64,000 bases of DNA, taken from the NCBI GenBank assembly GCA_903928345.1, contig CAIYQO010000273.1, forward strand, positions 4,828-68,827. The letters are read 5' to 3'. Both the position numbers and the translations under genes were made by a program. This document shows, piece after piece, positions 9,272 to 19,276 of the stretch. This DNA comes from an uncultured bacterium (GTDB lineage: Bacteria; Armatimonadota; Hebobacteria; CAIYQO01). Position 1 is the stretch's first letter. Each line of letters starts with the position of its first letter. The notes beneath the pieces are model-generated. The model searched no databases and had not been told where the DNA came from. It saw only the letters and a program-made list of their open reading frames with translations.

Positions 9272-11246
9272 CGGGGGTCTTCTCCAGGGCGTAGACCGCG
9301 ACGCCGAAGCGTTCCAGCGTGACGGAAGCGCCCGCGTCGGCCTCGGCCAGCAAGTCGCGCAGCCCGGCGGGCAAGGCCACCGTCTTCGGCTCCTGCGTCT
9401 GGTTGAGCAGGAAGAGGAGCGTGGTGTCATCCCCCGCGCGCACGCTCACCTCCACCCCGGGGGGCGGCGTGAGAAGGGGCGTCACCCCGGCCGTCGCGAA
9501 CAGGTCAGCGATAAGCGCGTCGTAGAACGCGGGCTCCTGCACCACCGTCCCCACGTAATACCCGGCGCCCGCGCCATAGCGGTTACGGGTGACGGCGGCG
9601 AACTCCGCCAGTTGCCAGGCGTCGGGGTAGCGTGCCAGCACCGCGGCCCCGTCGGGGGTGATCCAGTCGACGTATTGGTGCGCGTTGCACGCGCCCAACG
9701 TGCCGTCGATGGCGTACGTCAGCTCCGTGGGCACCACGTCGTACTCCTCGATGGTGATGCCGAGGGGCGCGGCGAGCAGGCCGGGCAGCGTGCGGTCGTG
9801 GCAGAGGTTCGTTTCCGTCTTCACCCCGGTGCGGCAGTCCGCCAGCAACACGCCGCCGCCGTGCACGTAGGCGGCCAGCCGCTCCGCCAGCGCGTCGGGC
9901 AGCACGTGCAGGTCGGCGGCGACGACGATCCGGTAGGCGGACAGGTCGGCATCCGGCGGCACCATATCCACGTTCACCCCGGCGCGCAGGAAGGCGTCGT
10001 AGTAGCGCTGCAGGGCAGCATGGTAGGTGTTACCTTCGAAGCCGGGCTGAATCTGCAGCGCCCAGATGCTCGCGTAATCGTTGATGAAGGCCACGTCGGC
10101 GTGCACTGTGGTACCGGCGAGGTGGGGGGCCAGCCGGTGATACTCGGCGGCGGTCTGTGCGGCTTCCCGATACCGGCGCAGCGGGCGGCCGTCATGCCCG
10201 AGCAAGCCGTGCCAGTACTGTTCGCGCCCGGCGGTGCAGGTGCGCCAGCGGAACCAGATCTGCCCGTCGGCGCCGTGGGCCAATTGCTGATACGCCACCA
10301 GCCGCAACTCGCCCGGCCACGGGTTGCGCCCGAAGCTCCCCCACCCGCCCGGCCCGGCGCTCTGCTCCATAATCCAGAAGTTCTTCCGCTTCAGCCCACG
10401 CATCACGTCGGCGGCGGCGGCGGCCTCGCCCATCACGCGCGGTACGCCCCACACCGGGTAGTTGTCCCAGCTCACGTGGTCCAACTCCGCCGCCAGGTCG
10501 TAGTAGTTCAGGTCGCTGAACAGGCCCATGCAATTGTGCGTAATGAAGTGGTCGGGAGCGGCGGCGCGCAGAATTTGCACCTGGTCGTGCTGGAAGCGCA
10601 CGTTGAGCCAGGAGTAGAAGCGCTGCCAGTCGAGTAGCGCGCTCGGGTTGGATCCGCCGGGCTCGACCGGCAGTTGCACCTCGCCCCAGGTGCCGACGAG
10701 GTGGCCCCAGAAGTGCAGACCCCAGGCGGCGTTGAGCGCGTCGAGGGTACCGTACTTGGCGCGCAGCCAATCCTGAAATTCCGCCCGGCAGGTGGCGCAG
10801 TAGCACTTCGGGTGGCCGAATTCGTTGTCCGTCTGCCAGCCAATCACGTTGGGCGTCGCGGCGAAATGCGTCGCCATGGCGCGGGTGATGCGCTCGGAGA
10901 GCAGCCGATATGTGCCGCTGGTGAAGCAGTTGTTCTTGCGCACGCCCCACGTGATGCGCGCCCCCGTGTCGCGCGTGGCCAGCGTCTCGGGGTACTTGCG
11001 CGCCACCCAGGCGGGCATCACGGCGGTGGGGGTGCCGAGGATGGCGGCGATGCCGTGATCGGCGAGCACCGCCAGCGCGTCATCGAGCCAATCGAAGGTG
11101 AAGCGTCCCTCATCGGGTTCGAGCATCACCCAGGCGAACTCCGCCAAGCGCACCACGTTGAAGCCGGCCTCCTGCATCAGGCGCGCATCCGTCTCCCAAC
11201 GTGCGCGGGGCCAGTGTTCGGGATAATAATCGACGCCGACGTACAT
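9240..11246 (-). CDS. beta-galactosidase, GH42
   Basis: GVDYYPEHW, AEFAW..LEP, WQTDNE, WIMEQ, GREQYWHG. Confidence 0.93.
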   Translation of the reverse strand: MYVGVDYYPEHWPRARWETDARLMQEAGFNVVRLAEFAWVMLEPDEGRFTFDWLDDALAVLADHGIAAILGTPTAVMPAWVARKYPETLATRDTGARITWGVRKNNCFTSGTYRLLSERITRAMATHFAATPNVIGWQTDNEFGHPKCYCATCRAEFQDWLRAKYGTLDALNAAWGLHFWGHLVGTWGEVQLPVEPGGSNPSALLDWQRFYSWLNVRFQHDQVQILRAAAPDHFITHNCMGLFSDLNYYDLAAELDHVSWDNYPVWGVPRVMGEAAAAADVMRGLKRKNFWIMEQSAGPGGWGSFGRNPWPGELRLVAYQQLAHGADGQIWFRWRTCTAGREQYWHGLLGHDGRPLRRYREAAQTAAEYHRLAPHLAGTTVHADVAFINDYASIWALQIQPGFEGNTYHAALQRYYDAFLRAGVNVDMVPPDADLSAYRIVVAADLHVLPDALAERLAAYVHGGGVLLADCRTGVKTETNLCHDRTLPGLLAAPLGITIEEYDVVPTELTYAIDGTLGACNAHQYVDWITPDGAAVLARYPDAWQLAEFAAVTRNRYGAGAGYYVGTVVQEPAFYDALIADLFATAGVTPLLTPPPGVEVSVRAGDDTTLLFLLNQTQEPKTVALPAGLRDLLAEADAGASVTLERFGVAVYALEKTPDAHHRLERTL

Positions 11247-11315
11247 GCTCGCTCCTTCGAGGACGGAATAGCCTCTATTACCGCGCTGACACGACGCGCT
11301 CCTGCCGGGCGGCGC

Positions 11316-11348
11316 AAAAAAACGCCGGGCGGCAAGGCCGCCCGGCGT
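11316..11348 (-). terminator. intrinsic terminator downstream of the secretin gene
   Basis: cgccgggcggc-ctt-gccgcccggcg followed by T7 on the - strand. Confidence 0.85.
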
Positions 11349-11367
11349 GGAGACATGCGAACCGCGG

Positions 11368-13143
11368 CTAGAACAGCGGCGGCAGGGAGGTCATCCCGGT
11401 GAAGTTCGTCTTGTCGTCCTGCATCACCGTCGGGGTCAAGAAGACCAGCGTTTCCGTGTTGTTCGTACTCTGGTCGGTGCTGCGGAAGAGCAACGGGCCG
11501 ATGACCGGCAGCGAACTGAGCAGCGGGGTGTGCGTGCCGCCCACCGTCTCGTTTTTGCTCACGAAGCCGCCCATCATGATCGTCTCGCCGTTCTTCACGC
11601 GCACGATGGTCTGCACCTGGATCGAGCTGCCGCCGGAGACGGAGCCGGAGCCGCCCGGGATCCCGATGCCGGCGCTGGGCGCGTTGAGCATCGGCGTCAC
11701 GTTCAGTGTCACGGTGTCGTCCGGGTGAATGGTGACTTGATTGACCATGAGCCCCTGCGGGAAGGACTGCATCGTCACCTGCGGTGTGTTGAAGGTGTGC
11801 CCGAAGACGTCCTGCGACTGGTCGACGACGATGAACGGGATGGTGTCGATCACCTGGATGGAGGCCATCCCGCCGTTCTGCACGACGACGCGCGGGGCGT
11901 TGACCACCTTCGCCTTGGATTCGGTAATCAGGGTGGAGAGCGAGGCTTTCAGGTTGCCCTTGATGTAGCGCATCCCGAAGTTGCCGGTATTGCCACCGTT
12001 GTTGGAGAAGACGGACAGCGGCACGCCGGCGATTTCCCACGACGCGCCGATGGACATGGCGTCCTGGATCTCCATTTTGACGAACATCGCTTCGACGATG
12101 ACCTGCTTGATCGGCTGGTCGAGAATTTTGATCAGCTCTTCGAGATGATCGATGTCATCGTCCGAGTCCGCGCTCACGAGCAGCATGTTCAGCCCGACGA
12201 GCCCGACGACCGTTTTGATACCCTTGGGCACGAATTCTTTGAGCCCGCCCGCGCCGGCCGCGGCGCCGTTGGCCGGCGCGGCCGGGTTAGCCGGATTCGC
12301 GGGGTTGGCCGGATTGACGGGGTTCACCGGATTGACCGGATTGACCTGCCCCGGCGGGTTGACGACCTGCGCGTCGCTCAACGGCCCGTCGGCGGTGAAG
12401 TTGGCATCGGTGGCCCCACCGTTGCGGCTCGACACGCTGCCGAGAGCGGCGCCGACCCACGGCGCGCTGTACGCGGTTGAATTATAGTCGGTACCGTTGT
12501 TCATCTTCTGGATGATCGCGGGGTTATGCGGGTCGAGCACCGTCTGGATGCGCATCTGCAACTGATCCTGGCGGGAGCGATCGGGGGGCGAAATGCTCGG
12601 GGCGCCGAGCATCCACGCCATTTCCGCCGCGTTCGTGTTCTTGAGCAGAATGTCGCGGATGACTAACCGTTTTTCCGCCACGGGGGTCGGCGTAGCGGCC
12701 GGGGCCGCATTCGTCGGGGTCGCGGCCGGCGCCACGGGCGTCACCACGGTATCCAGCGTCGGCGGCTGCGCGTTCTGCATGACGCGCGGCGGCGTGGTCG
12801 GGGTGACATCGACGGCGACTTCTTCGTGCTTGCCGATAAAGTAGGTGTCGCCGATGCGCCAGAAATCGAGCCCGACGGAGTCCGTGACGCGTTGCAGGAT
12901 CGTCTCCAACGGGGTTGGGGTCGGGAAGTCCAGCGTGACCGGGTCATCCTTCTGGACCTGCATAACGAGCTTCACACCGCTGAGTTCGGTGAGCTTCTTC
13001 ACGGCTTCGCTGAATTTGATATTGGTGACCGTGACGATGATGCCGTTATGCTCCGCGCCCCATACGGGCAACGCCGTCAAGCACAGCCAGCAACAGAGCG
13101 CAATCAGCGCGCCCCAACGCACACCGAGATGGGATTTTCGCAT
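11368..13143 (-). CDS. secretin (type II/IV-pilus outer-membrane pore family)
   Basis: signal peptide, STN-like N-domain, LD.PIKQVIVEA, AKVVNAPRVVVQNG, VRVKNGETIMMGG, PLLSSLPVIGPLLFRS, ETLVFLTPTV; VNP/ANP tripeptide repeats. Confidence 0.9.
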   Translation of the reverse strand: MRKSHLGVRWGALIALCCWLCLTALPVWGAEHNGIIVTVTNIKFSEAVKKLTELSGVKLVMQVQKDDPVTLDFPTPTPLETILQRVTDSVGLDFWRIGDTYFIGKHEEVAVDVTPTTPPRVMQNAQPPTLDTVVTPVAPAATPTNAAPAATPTPVAEKRLVIRDILLKNTNAAEMAWMLGAPSISPPDRSRQDQLQMRIQTVLDPHNPAIIQKMNNGTDYNSTAYSAPWVGAALGSVSSRNGGATDANFTADGPLSDAQVVNPPGQVNPVNPVNPVNPANPANPANPAAPANGAAAGAGGLKEFVPKGIKTVVGLVGLNMLLVSADSDDDIDHLEELIKILDQPIKQVIVEAMFVKMEIQDAMSIGASWEIAGVPLSVFSNNGGNTGNFGMRYIKGNLKASLSTLITESKAKVVNAPRVVVQNGGMASIQVIDTIPFIVVDQSQDVFGHTFNTPQVTMQSFPQGLMVNQVTIHPDDTVTLNVTPMLNAPSAGIGIPGGSGSVSGGSSIQVQTIVRVKNGETIMMGGFVSKNETVGGTHTPLLSSLPVIGPLLFRSTDQSTNNTETLVFLTPTVMQDDKTNFTGMTSLPPLF

Positions 13144-13279
13144 GCCAGAGTCCTCCCTGTGATATGGTAAATCACGCTGTGACCGCAGGGGTTCGTTACT
13201 ACTGCTATTCGCCGTGCGGCGCCCGATCTCCTGCCGCACGCCCGTATATCCTGTGGTGCCCTTCGCCGCGCAGAACGGG

Positions 13280-13312
13280 GCCCGGGGAGAGACGGGAGCG
13301 TCTCCCCCGGGC
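13280..13312. other. GC-rich hairpin between the two secretin-related genes
   Basis: gcccggggagagac..gtctcccccgggc; no U-tract. Confidence 0.5.
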
Positions 13313-13348
13313 ATACCTCGTCGTAGGCGGCAAGGGCCCGGTCGTGCC

Positions 13349-14248
13349 TCAATGCAGCATGGTGGTGCCGTAGCCGTTGGTCGTCCCGGTATTCATCGTC
13401 CCGGTGTTCGTCATGCCGTTCGACATGCCGTTCATACTCGTCATACCGTTCGACATGCCGTTCGACATCCCGTTCATGCCCGTCATCCCGTTCGACATAC
13501 CGTTCATGCCCGTCGTGCCGTTCGTGCCCATCGTGTTGTAACCGGTACCGCTCATGCCCGAAGTGCCGCCTTGCAAGCTGGTGCCGAACAGGTCGATGGC
13601 CTGCCCGAAGCCCAGCGCCTGGCACAGCAGCGACAGGTCGATGTTGGAGACGCGGATGAGGCGGATCTTCGACTCGCCCGAGGCGGACGACGTTGTCGTC
13701 TTCCCATCGGCGGACTTGGTGTCCTTGCTGCCGGTTTCAAAGCTAAGCGACGTGAAGCTGGCGGCATCCCCGGAACTCGAGGCCTTGCTGCTGCTATCGT
13801 CGCCCGCCGCGCTCACCGCGGGAGGGGTTACGTTGGAGGAGGGCGGTGCCATGGTGGGGAAAGCCCCCGCACCCGCGCCGGGAGTCGTCCCGCCGGCACC
13901 GGCCGCCGGCGCCGCGCCCGGACGTCCGACGATGCGGTAAAGGTAGACGCCGTCGCCCTGCGGGGTCTTGGTGTAGCTGATCTTATCGCCGAGGACGGCG
14001 TTCAGCACGTCCTCGAACTTGCCGCGCGTCTGCAGGCTGGTCACGTGACCGTTGACGCCGGCTTCCACGCGGAACTGCTGCTTCGTGGTGTTGAAGAGCG
14101 CCGCCAACACAGCGTTGATGTCCGCGTCGCGGAGCACGATGTCGATCTGATCGCCATCATTGGCGATGGAAATCTGTGCCAGGGCCGGTACCATCGCCCC
14201 GGACAACAACACGGCACAAATGCCGACCCATACCGCTACTCGCCGCAT
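13349..14248 (-). CDS. secreted protein with secretin-like N-terminal (STN/N) domains, no barrel, and a Gly/Met/Asn/Thr repeat tail
   Basis: signal peptide; IDIVLRDADINAVLAALF..FEDVLNAVL; IRLIRVSNID..LCQALG; GMNGMSNGMT repeats; SD aggagg. Confidence 0.7.
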   Translation of the reverse strand: MRRVAVWVGICAVLLSGAMVPALAQISIANDGDQIDIVLRDADINAVLAALFNTTKQQFRVEAGVNGHVTSLQTRGKFEDVLNAVLGDKISYTKTPQGDGVYLYRIVGRPGAAPAAGAGGTTPGAGAGAFPTMAPPSSNVTPPAVSAAGDDSSSKASSSGDAASFTSLSFETGSKDTKSADGKTTTSSASGESKIRLIRVSNIDLSLLCQALGFGQAIDLFGTSLQGGTSGMSGTGYNTMGTNGTTGMNGMSNGMTGMNGMSNGMSNGMTSMNGMSNGMTNTGTMNTGTTNGYGTTMLH

Positions 14249-14454
14249 ATCCGACCTCCTCAGAGTGGGGAGCATAGACTACCACCCAGGCTAGTTTACC
14301 ACGGGAAGTACAATTCCACAACGGCCTGCGGAGCTTTTTCGGCGACTGCCCGGAAAAAAGTCGCCGTTTCACCGCACATAGGCTAGCGGAAAGACGACCG
14401 GCATGCAAGGGGTACGTGGCGCACGGCGGTACAAAGTGGGTTAAATTCCGTCGC

Positions 14455-15735
14455 CTACCCCACCGTCACCGTCGGACGCAAGTCGTGCAGCACCAGGCCG
14501 GTGGGCACTTTGGGGTAAAAATAGGTCGATTTCTGCGGCAGGCGCTCACCGGCGGCGGCGAGGGTGAACACGTCGGCGATGGGCGTGGGGTTGAGCAGCA
14601 AGGCCGCCTGGGCCTCGCCGGCGTCCACCCGTGCCACCGCCTGCGCGGGATCGCCGGTGTAGCGCACGTGGCTCTCTACCGTCGCCGCGCTGGCCGGCTC
14701 CAACGCGAGGAGCGGGCCGATGACCGCCTCCTGCGCGAGCTGCACGTCGAGCACGGGCAGCCCGTTGCGCACCGTGCGCGGCGCGGTGAGCAATTGATAA
14801 CACCCGGGCGTGTACCAGATAAAGGCGTGGCCGTCCTGCCGTGCCAACAGCTCGGTCAGCGCGTCGGGGGTGGGCACCTCCAGCGGCGTGACGGTGAAGT
14901 GGGCGCCGACGACGCGGCAAAAGGCGTCGCGCATCGCCGGCGTGAGGGTCAGCAACCGGTGGGTGGCCAGCACCAGCAGGCCGGGGTCGTGCATCTCCAC
15001 CAGCAGCATGAAGGCGTAGTTGAAGGCCGCGTCGGCGGGTGCGTCGGGATACGTCGCGCGCAGGTCGTCGCGCAGCGCGAGCATCGTCTCGTAGCGGTGA
15101 TGGCCGTCGGCAATGAGAAGCTGCCGCGTGGCCAGCGCCTCGGTGATGGCGGCGGTCAGCGCGGGATCGTCCGTGCGCCACAGCGTGTCGTCGAAGCCGT
15201 ACCCCTGCGCGGTGGCCAGCGGGGCCGCCGCGGTGGCGCGCGCCAGCACGTCGCCCAGCGCGGTCTGCCGCCCGTCGTACAGGCCGAAGACGGGGGACAT
15301 GCTCGCCAGACAGGTGCGCATCAGTTGCAGCCGGTCGGCTTTGGGGCCTTTCAGCGTCCACTCGTGCGGCAGCACGGCGCCGGCGCCGAAGGGCTCCAGC
15401 GCCACCGCGGCAAAGATGCCGGTGCGCGTGAAGGTGTGGCCCGCGTGGGTGAAGCGCTGGCAGTGGGGGTAATACGCCGGCGCGTCCTGGGTGAGGATGC
15501 CCGCCGCGCGCCAGGCGTCCAGGTCGGCGCGGGCGCGCGTGTAGCGGTTGTCGTCGGCGGTATCTCGCGGCGTGGTGACGCCGTACTCCAGCCGGATCAC
15601 GTTGTGCGGATCGCGCGTATACAGCGCGGCTTGCTCGTCGGGGGCGATCACGTCATACGGCGGTGCCAACACGCGCGCCAGGTCGGCGACGTGGTCGGCG
15701 GCGTAGCGCAGGGCGCGAAAAGGGCGCACGGGCAT
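14455..15735 (-). CDS. DUF1015 family protein
   Basis: PFRALRY, PPYDVI, PHE.T, LIADGHHRYET, PQKSTYFYPK..TGL. Confidence 0.9.
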   Translation of the reverse strand: MPVRPFRALRYAADHVADLARVLAPPYDVIAPDEQAALYTRDPHNVIRLEYGVTTPRDTADDNRYTRARADLDAWRAAGILTQDAPAYYPHCQRFTHAGHTFTRTGIFAAVALEPFGAGAVLPHEWTLKGPKADRLQLMRTCLASMSPVFGLYDGRQTALGDVLARATAAAPLATAQGYGFDDTLWRTDDPALTAAITEALATRQLLIADGHHRYETMLALRDDLRATYPDAPADAAFNYAFMLLVEMHDPGLLVLATHRLLTLTPAMRDAFCRVVGAHFTVTPLEVPTPDALTELLARQDGHAFIWYTPGCYQLLTAPRTVRNGLPVLDVQLAQEAVIGPLLALEPASAATVESHVRYTGDPAQAVARVDAGEAQAALLLNPTPIADVFTLAAAGERLPQKSTYFYPKVPTGLVLHDLRPTVTVG

Positions 15736-15884
15736 ATGACGGACTCCTCGGCAGCGGTGCACGGCGCCGATCTCGGCCCGCGCGGCAATCTATTATAAGG
15801 ATACCGAGAAATCCGCAACACGGCAAGCCAGCCGTACTCCGCCCGGCGGATCGCGGTTGAGGGAAAGTTGAACGGGGAATTCCA

Positions 15885-15913
15885 TTGACAACCCAACGGC
15901 ATTGCGCTATGAT
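15885..15913 (+). promoter_or_regulatory. sigma70-type promoter of the prepilin gene
   Basis: TTGACA-N17-TATGAT; SD aaggag before ATG 15974. Confidence 0.8.
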
Positions 15914-15973
15914 AATACATCTTACCGGTATGTGCCCGTACCGGCATCATCTTTCCGCGGAAGGAGTACGCAC

Positions 15974-16993
15974 ATGAAGCGTGGCTTTACTCTTATCGAA
16001 CTCCTGGTCGTGATTGCTATTATAGCGATCCTCGCGGCCATCCTCTTCCCGGTCTTCGCCAAAGCGCGTGAGAAGGCGCGGCAGACCACCTGTATCAACA
16101 ACCAGCGACAGATCTGCACGGCCCTGCTGATCTACGCGCAGGACAACAACGAGATTATGCCTACCACCGATGTGGCATGGTCGGCGATCAACATCGACCG
16201 CGGCGTACTGAAGTGCCCCACCGCCGCGCGCATCGCCAACGGATACGCCTATAACTATCTGATCGGCGGCAAAAGTATGGGCGAGATCAAGGATCCCTCG
16301 TCAGCCTTTTTTACCGTGGACAGCACCTCTGCCGACAACGTCTGGCGCACCGCGGCCGACACCGCCACGCGCCATAACGGCAAGGCCCAGTTCGGCTACG
16401 CCGACGGCCACGTCGACGCCCCGACAGCGACGCCCATCGGCAACGGTGTGCTGATTAAAATCGGCAATGCGAGCAACGCCACCACCATCAGCACGGTGCT
16501 CTTTACCAAGCAGTTTGCCTTCGCCAACAACGACCCGCAGCTCACCACGCTGGGTGTCAACAACATCGGCAGCTTCAACTGGGGCAACGGCGCCCCGGGC
16601 AACGCCTCCGGCGCCGGCATCAACGGCTGCCCGGTCGACGGCTTCGGCGTCATCTGGTCCGGCTACCTGATTGTGCCCGGCACTACCAGCCCGATCACCG
16701 CTACCTTCTACGGGCAAGGTGACGACGGCGGGCGCATGACGATTACCGACTGCGAAGCCAGCCCGCAAACGGCATCCACGCTTTTCACCTTCACGACCAA
16801 CACGAGCGCCACCGGTACCTACACCTTCACCCCGATGCATACCGACGGCACCCCGCACATCTATAAGTTCGAATATCAGTTCTATGAAAATGGCGGCGGC
16901 GCCAATGGCAGCACGTACTGGAATATCGGCGGTGGCAACGTCACCATGCCGAACACCGTGATGTACTACGGTTACGACGCCTACGGCTATTGA
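15974..16993 (+). CDS. prepilin-type N-terminal cleavage / H-X9-DG (DUF1559-like) protein with C-terminal PA14-like domain
   Basis: [48 protein letters not shown]; [29 protein letters not shown]. Confidence 0.88.
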   Translation: MKRGFTLIELLVVIAIIAILAAILFPVFAKAREKARQTTCINNQRQICTALLIYAQDNNEIMPTTDVAWSAINIDRGVLKCPTAARIANGYAYNYLIGGKSMGEIKDPSSAFFTVDSTSADNVWRTAADTATRHNGKAQFGYADGHVDAPTATPIGNGVLIKIGNASNATTISTVLFTKQFAFANNDPQLTTLGVNNIGSFNWGNGAPGNASGAGINGCPVDGFGVIWSGYLIVPGTTSPITATFYGQGDDGGRMTITDCEASPQTASTLFTFTTNTSATGTYTFTPMHTDGTPHIYKFEYQFYENGGGANGSTYWNIGGGNVTMPNTVMYYGYDAYGY

Positions 16994-17015
16994 TCCGTTC
17001 TGACCTACGCTTGTC

Positions 17016-17044
17016 ACGGCGCGTCCCACCCGGGGCGCGCCGTT
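17016..17044 (+). terminator. hairpin after the prepilin gene (possible terminator)
   Basis: acggcgcg..cgcgccgt stem; weak U-tract. Confidence 0.5.
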
Positions 17045-17084
17045 GCGCTTGCCGCGACACCCCTTCCGCGAGTACAATACTCCT

Positions 17085-17567
17085 ATGCTTGACGTATTGC
17101 ATTTACTGGAACAGGATTGCCGGCTGACGCCCGAGGCGCTGGCCGAGCGCACCGGGCGCCCGGTGGACGAGGTGCAGGCCTTTGTGGCGGACGCCGAAGC
17201 GCAAGGGATCATCCGCCGCTACAAGGCGGTGATCGACTGGGAGCGCGTGGAGTCGGCCCAGCTCACCTTCGCCTTCATCGAGGTGCGCGTCACCCCGCAG
17301 CGCGATTTCGGCTTCGACACTGTGGCCGAGCGTATCATGCGCTTCCCCGAAGTGCATTCGCTCTACCTGATGTCCGGCAGCTACGACCTGCACGTGGTGG
17401 TGAAGGGGAAAGACCTGCGCGAAATCGCCAACTTCGTCACCACCAAGCTCGCCCCGCTGGACGCCGTGCTCAGCACCACCACCCATTTCGTGCTCAAAGG
17501 GTACAAGGTCGACGGTGACGCCATGATCGACCTCGACACCCCGAACCGGTTGCCGGTCACGCCGTAA
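17085..17567 (+). CDS. Lrp/AsnC family transcriptional regulator
   Basis: N-terminal HTH, GIIRRYKAVIDW, FPEV.SLYLMSGSYDL, STTTHFVLK; TACAAT six nt before ATG. Confidence 0.9.
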   Translation: MLDVLHLLEQDCRLTPEALAERTGRPVDEVQAFVADAEAQGIIRRYKAVIDWERVESAQLTFAFIEVRVTPQRDFGFDTVAERIMRFPEVHSLYLMSGSYDLHVVVKGKDLREIANFVTTKLAPLDAVLSTTTHFVLKGYKVDGDAMIDLDTPNRLPVTP

Positions 17568-17568
17568 G

Positions 17569-17708
17569 CTGTGATCGCCCCCCCACCCACACCCCCTCCC
17601 CGTAACATCGTGTGACAGGGGAGGGGGGACCGAGTGTCGGGAAGTTTCCTCCCTTCCCCCGTCACAGGACGTTACGGGGGAAGGGCTGGGGATGGGGGGC
17701 GATGACAG
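17569..17708. repeat. REP doublet / MITE-like element, family A copy 1
   Basis: long inverted arms; right core cccttcccccgtcacaggacgttacgggggaaggg. Confidence 0.9.
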
Positions 17709-17753
17709 GAAAACGCCGGTGTGATACTACAGCGTATACAGGAGAGACTCCCC

Positions 17754-19121
17754 ATGATCGAAACCCATCCCGTCGCCGCGGTGATTCTCGCGGCCGGCAA
17801 AGGCACGCGCATGAAATCGGCGCGGGCCAAGGCGCTCTTCGAACTGTGCGGGCAACCGCTGGCGCACTTCCCCATCCGCGCCGCCCGCGAGGCGGGCATT
17901 GAGCGTGTGGTGCTGGTGGTCGGCCATCAGGCCGACGCAGTGCGCGCCGCGGTGGGCGACGACGTGGAATACGCCCTGCAGGCGGAACAACACGGCACCG
18001 GCCACGCGCTAATGTGTGCCGAGGAGGCGCTGCGCGGCTTCACCGGCACCGTCTTCGTGCACTGCGTCGACGTGCCCCTGCTGCCGCCGCACCTCATCAG
18101 CGCCATGCTGCACGCGCACCTGGCCAGCGGGCACGCCGCCACGCTGCTCACCGTGCGCATGGAAGACCCCGCCAACTACGGGCGCATCGTGCGCAACGAC
18201 GCGGGGCACGTGCAGCGTATCGTGGAGTATCGCGACGCGAACGCCGAAGAGCGCGCCATCGACGAGATCAACTCCGGCACCTACTGCTTCCAGGCGCCGC
18301 TCATCTTCGAGGCGCTACGCGAGATCACCAACGACAACGACCAAGGTGAATACTACCTGACCGACGTGGTGGAGCGGCTCATCGCGCGCGGTGAGACGGT
18401 CGGCGCGATCATCGCCCCCGAGGAGCGCATGGTGGCCGGCATCAACGACCGCGTGCAACTCGCCGAGGCCGAACACGCCCTGCGCGACGGCATCCGCCGC
18501 CGCCACATGCTCAACGGCGTCTCCCTCACCGACCCGGCGAGCACCTTCATCGACGAGGACGTGGAGATCGGCCGCGACACCACCATCGGCCCCTTCAGCA
18601 TGCTTCATACCGGCACGCGCATCGGCGAGGGCTGCACCGTCGGCCCGAGCTGCCAGCTCTTCGCGGCGATCCTGGAGGACGGCGCCACGGTGGACAGCTC
18701 GCGCATCGAGAAGAGCATCGTACGCACCGGCGCCAAGGTCGGGCCGTTCGCCCGACTGCGCCCGGGGTGCGACATCGCGCCCGGCGCCGAGGTGGGCAAC
18801 TTCTCCGAGATGAAAAACACGAAGGTCGGCGCCAAAAGCAAGGTGCATCACCACGGCTACCTGGGTGACACCACGCTGGGCGAAGGGGTGAATATCGGCG
18901 CCGGCACGATTACCTGCAACTACGACGGCAAAAAGAAGCACCCCACCGTGATCGGCGACCGCGCCTTCATCGGCAGCGGCAATCTGCTGGTGGCCCCGGT
19001 CGTCATCGGCGACGATGCCCTTACCGGCGCCGGCGCCGTGGTCACCCACGACGTGCCCACCGGTAAGATCGCCTACGGCCTACCCGCCCGCGTGGTGAAA
19101 GACCGCGCGCCGGCGAAGTAG
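17754..19121 (+). CDS. glmU: bifunctional UDP-GlcNAc pyrophosphorylase / GlcN-1-P acetyltransferase
   Basis: LAAGKGTRMKS, QHGTGHA, YGRIVR, QGEYYLTD, GPFARLRPG, GAGTITCNYDG. Confidence 0.97.
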   Translation: MIETHPVAAVILAAGKGTRMKSARAKALFELCGQPLAHFPIRAAREAGIERVVLVVGHQADAVRAAVGDDVEYALQAEQHGTGHALMCAEEALRGFTGTVFVHCVDVPLLPPHLISAMLHAHLASGHAATLLTVRMEDPANYGRIVRNDAGHVQRIVEYRDANAEERAIDEINSGTYCFQAPLIFEALREITNDNDQGEYYLTDVVERLIARGETVGAIIAPEERMVAGINDRVQLAEAEHALRDGIRRRHMLNGVSLTDPASTFIDEDVEIGRDTTIGPFSMLHTGTRIGEGCTVGPSCQLFAAILEDGATVDSSRIEKSIVRTGAKVGPFARLRPGCDIAPGAEVGNFSEMKNTKVGAKSKVHHHGYLGDTTLGEGVNIGAGTITCNYDGKKKHPTVIGDRAFIGSGNLLVAPVVIGDDALTGAGAVVTHDVPTGKIAYGLPARVVKDRAPAK

Positions 19122-19276
19122 CCGCGGGTACGCGATACTTTCTCCTGCGTGGGAAGGGAACGACGCGCGCCGCGTCGAAGAAATTTAAAACCGAGGTCAA
19201 CGCCGAGCCGGTCGATCGGTGTGAACCGTACTGAACACCGATCACCGCTGTCCGCACATTGACGAGGGAATTAGCA

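Noticed and set aside
13200-13351. TGA followed by a hairpin as selenocysteine readthrough or a frameshift fusing the two secretin-related genes
   Set aside because: Hairpin spacing and sequence are not SECIS-like, the readthrough peptide is not protein-like, and the secretin has its own SD and signal peptide
13380-13545. Tandem DNA repeats as a non-coding repeat element
   Set aside because: They are in-frame codon repeats encoding the GMNGMSN tail of the protein
14290-14400. Possible c-di-GMP-I riboswitch upstream of the secretin pair (ggtgaaac-stem-gaaaaagc on the - strand)
   Set aside because: No GNRA loop, CGCAAA motif or convincing P3; better explained as a terminator-like hairpin after DUF1015
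19122-19276. tRNA or structured RNA between glmU and prs
   Set aside because: Only one short hairpin (gatcggtg..caccgatc); no cloverleaf or T-loop motif
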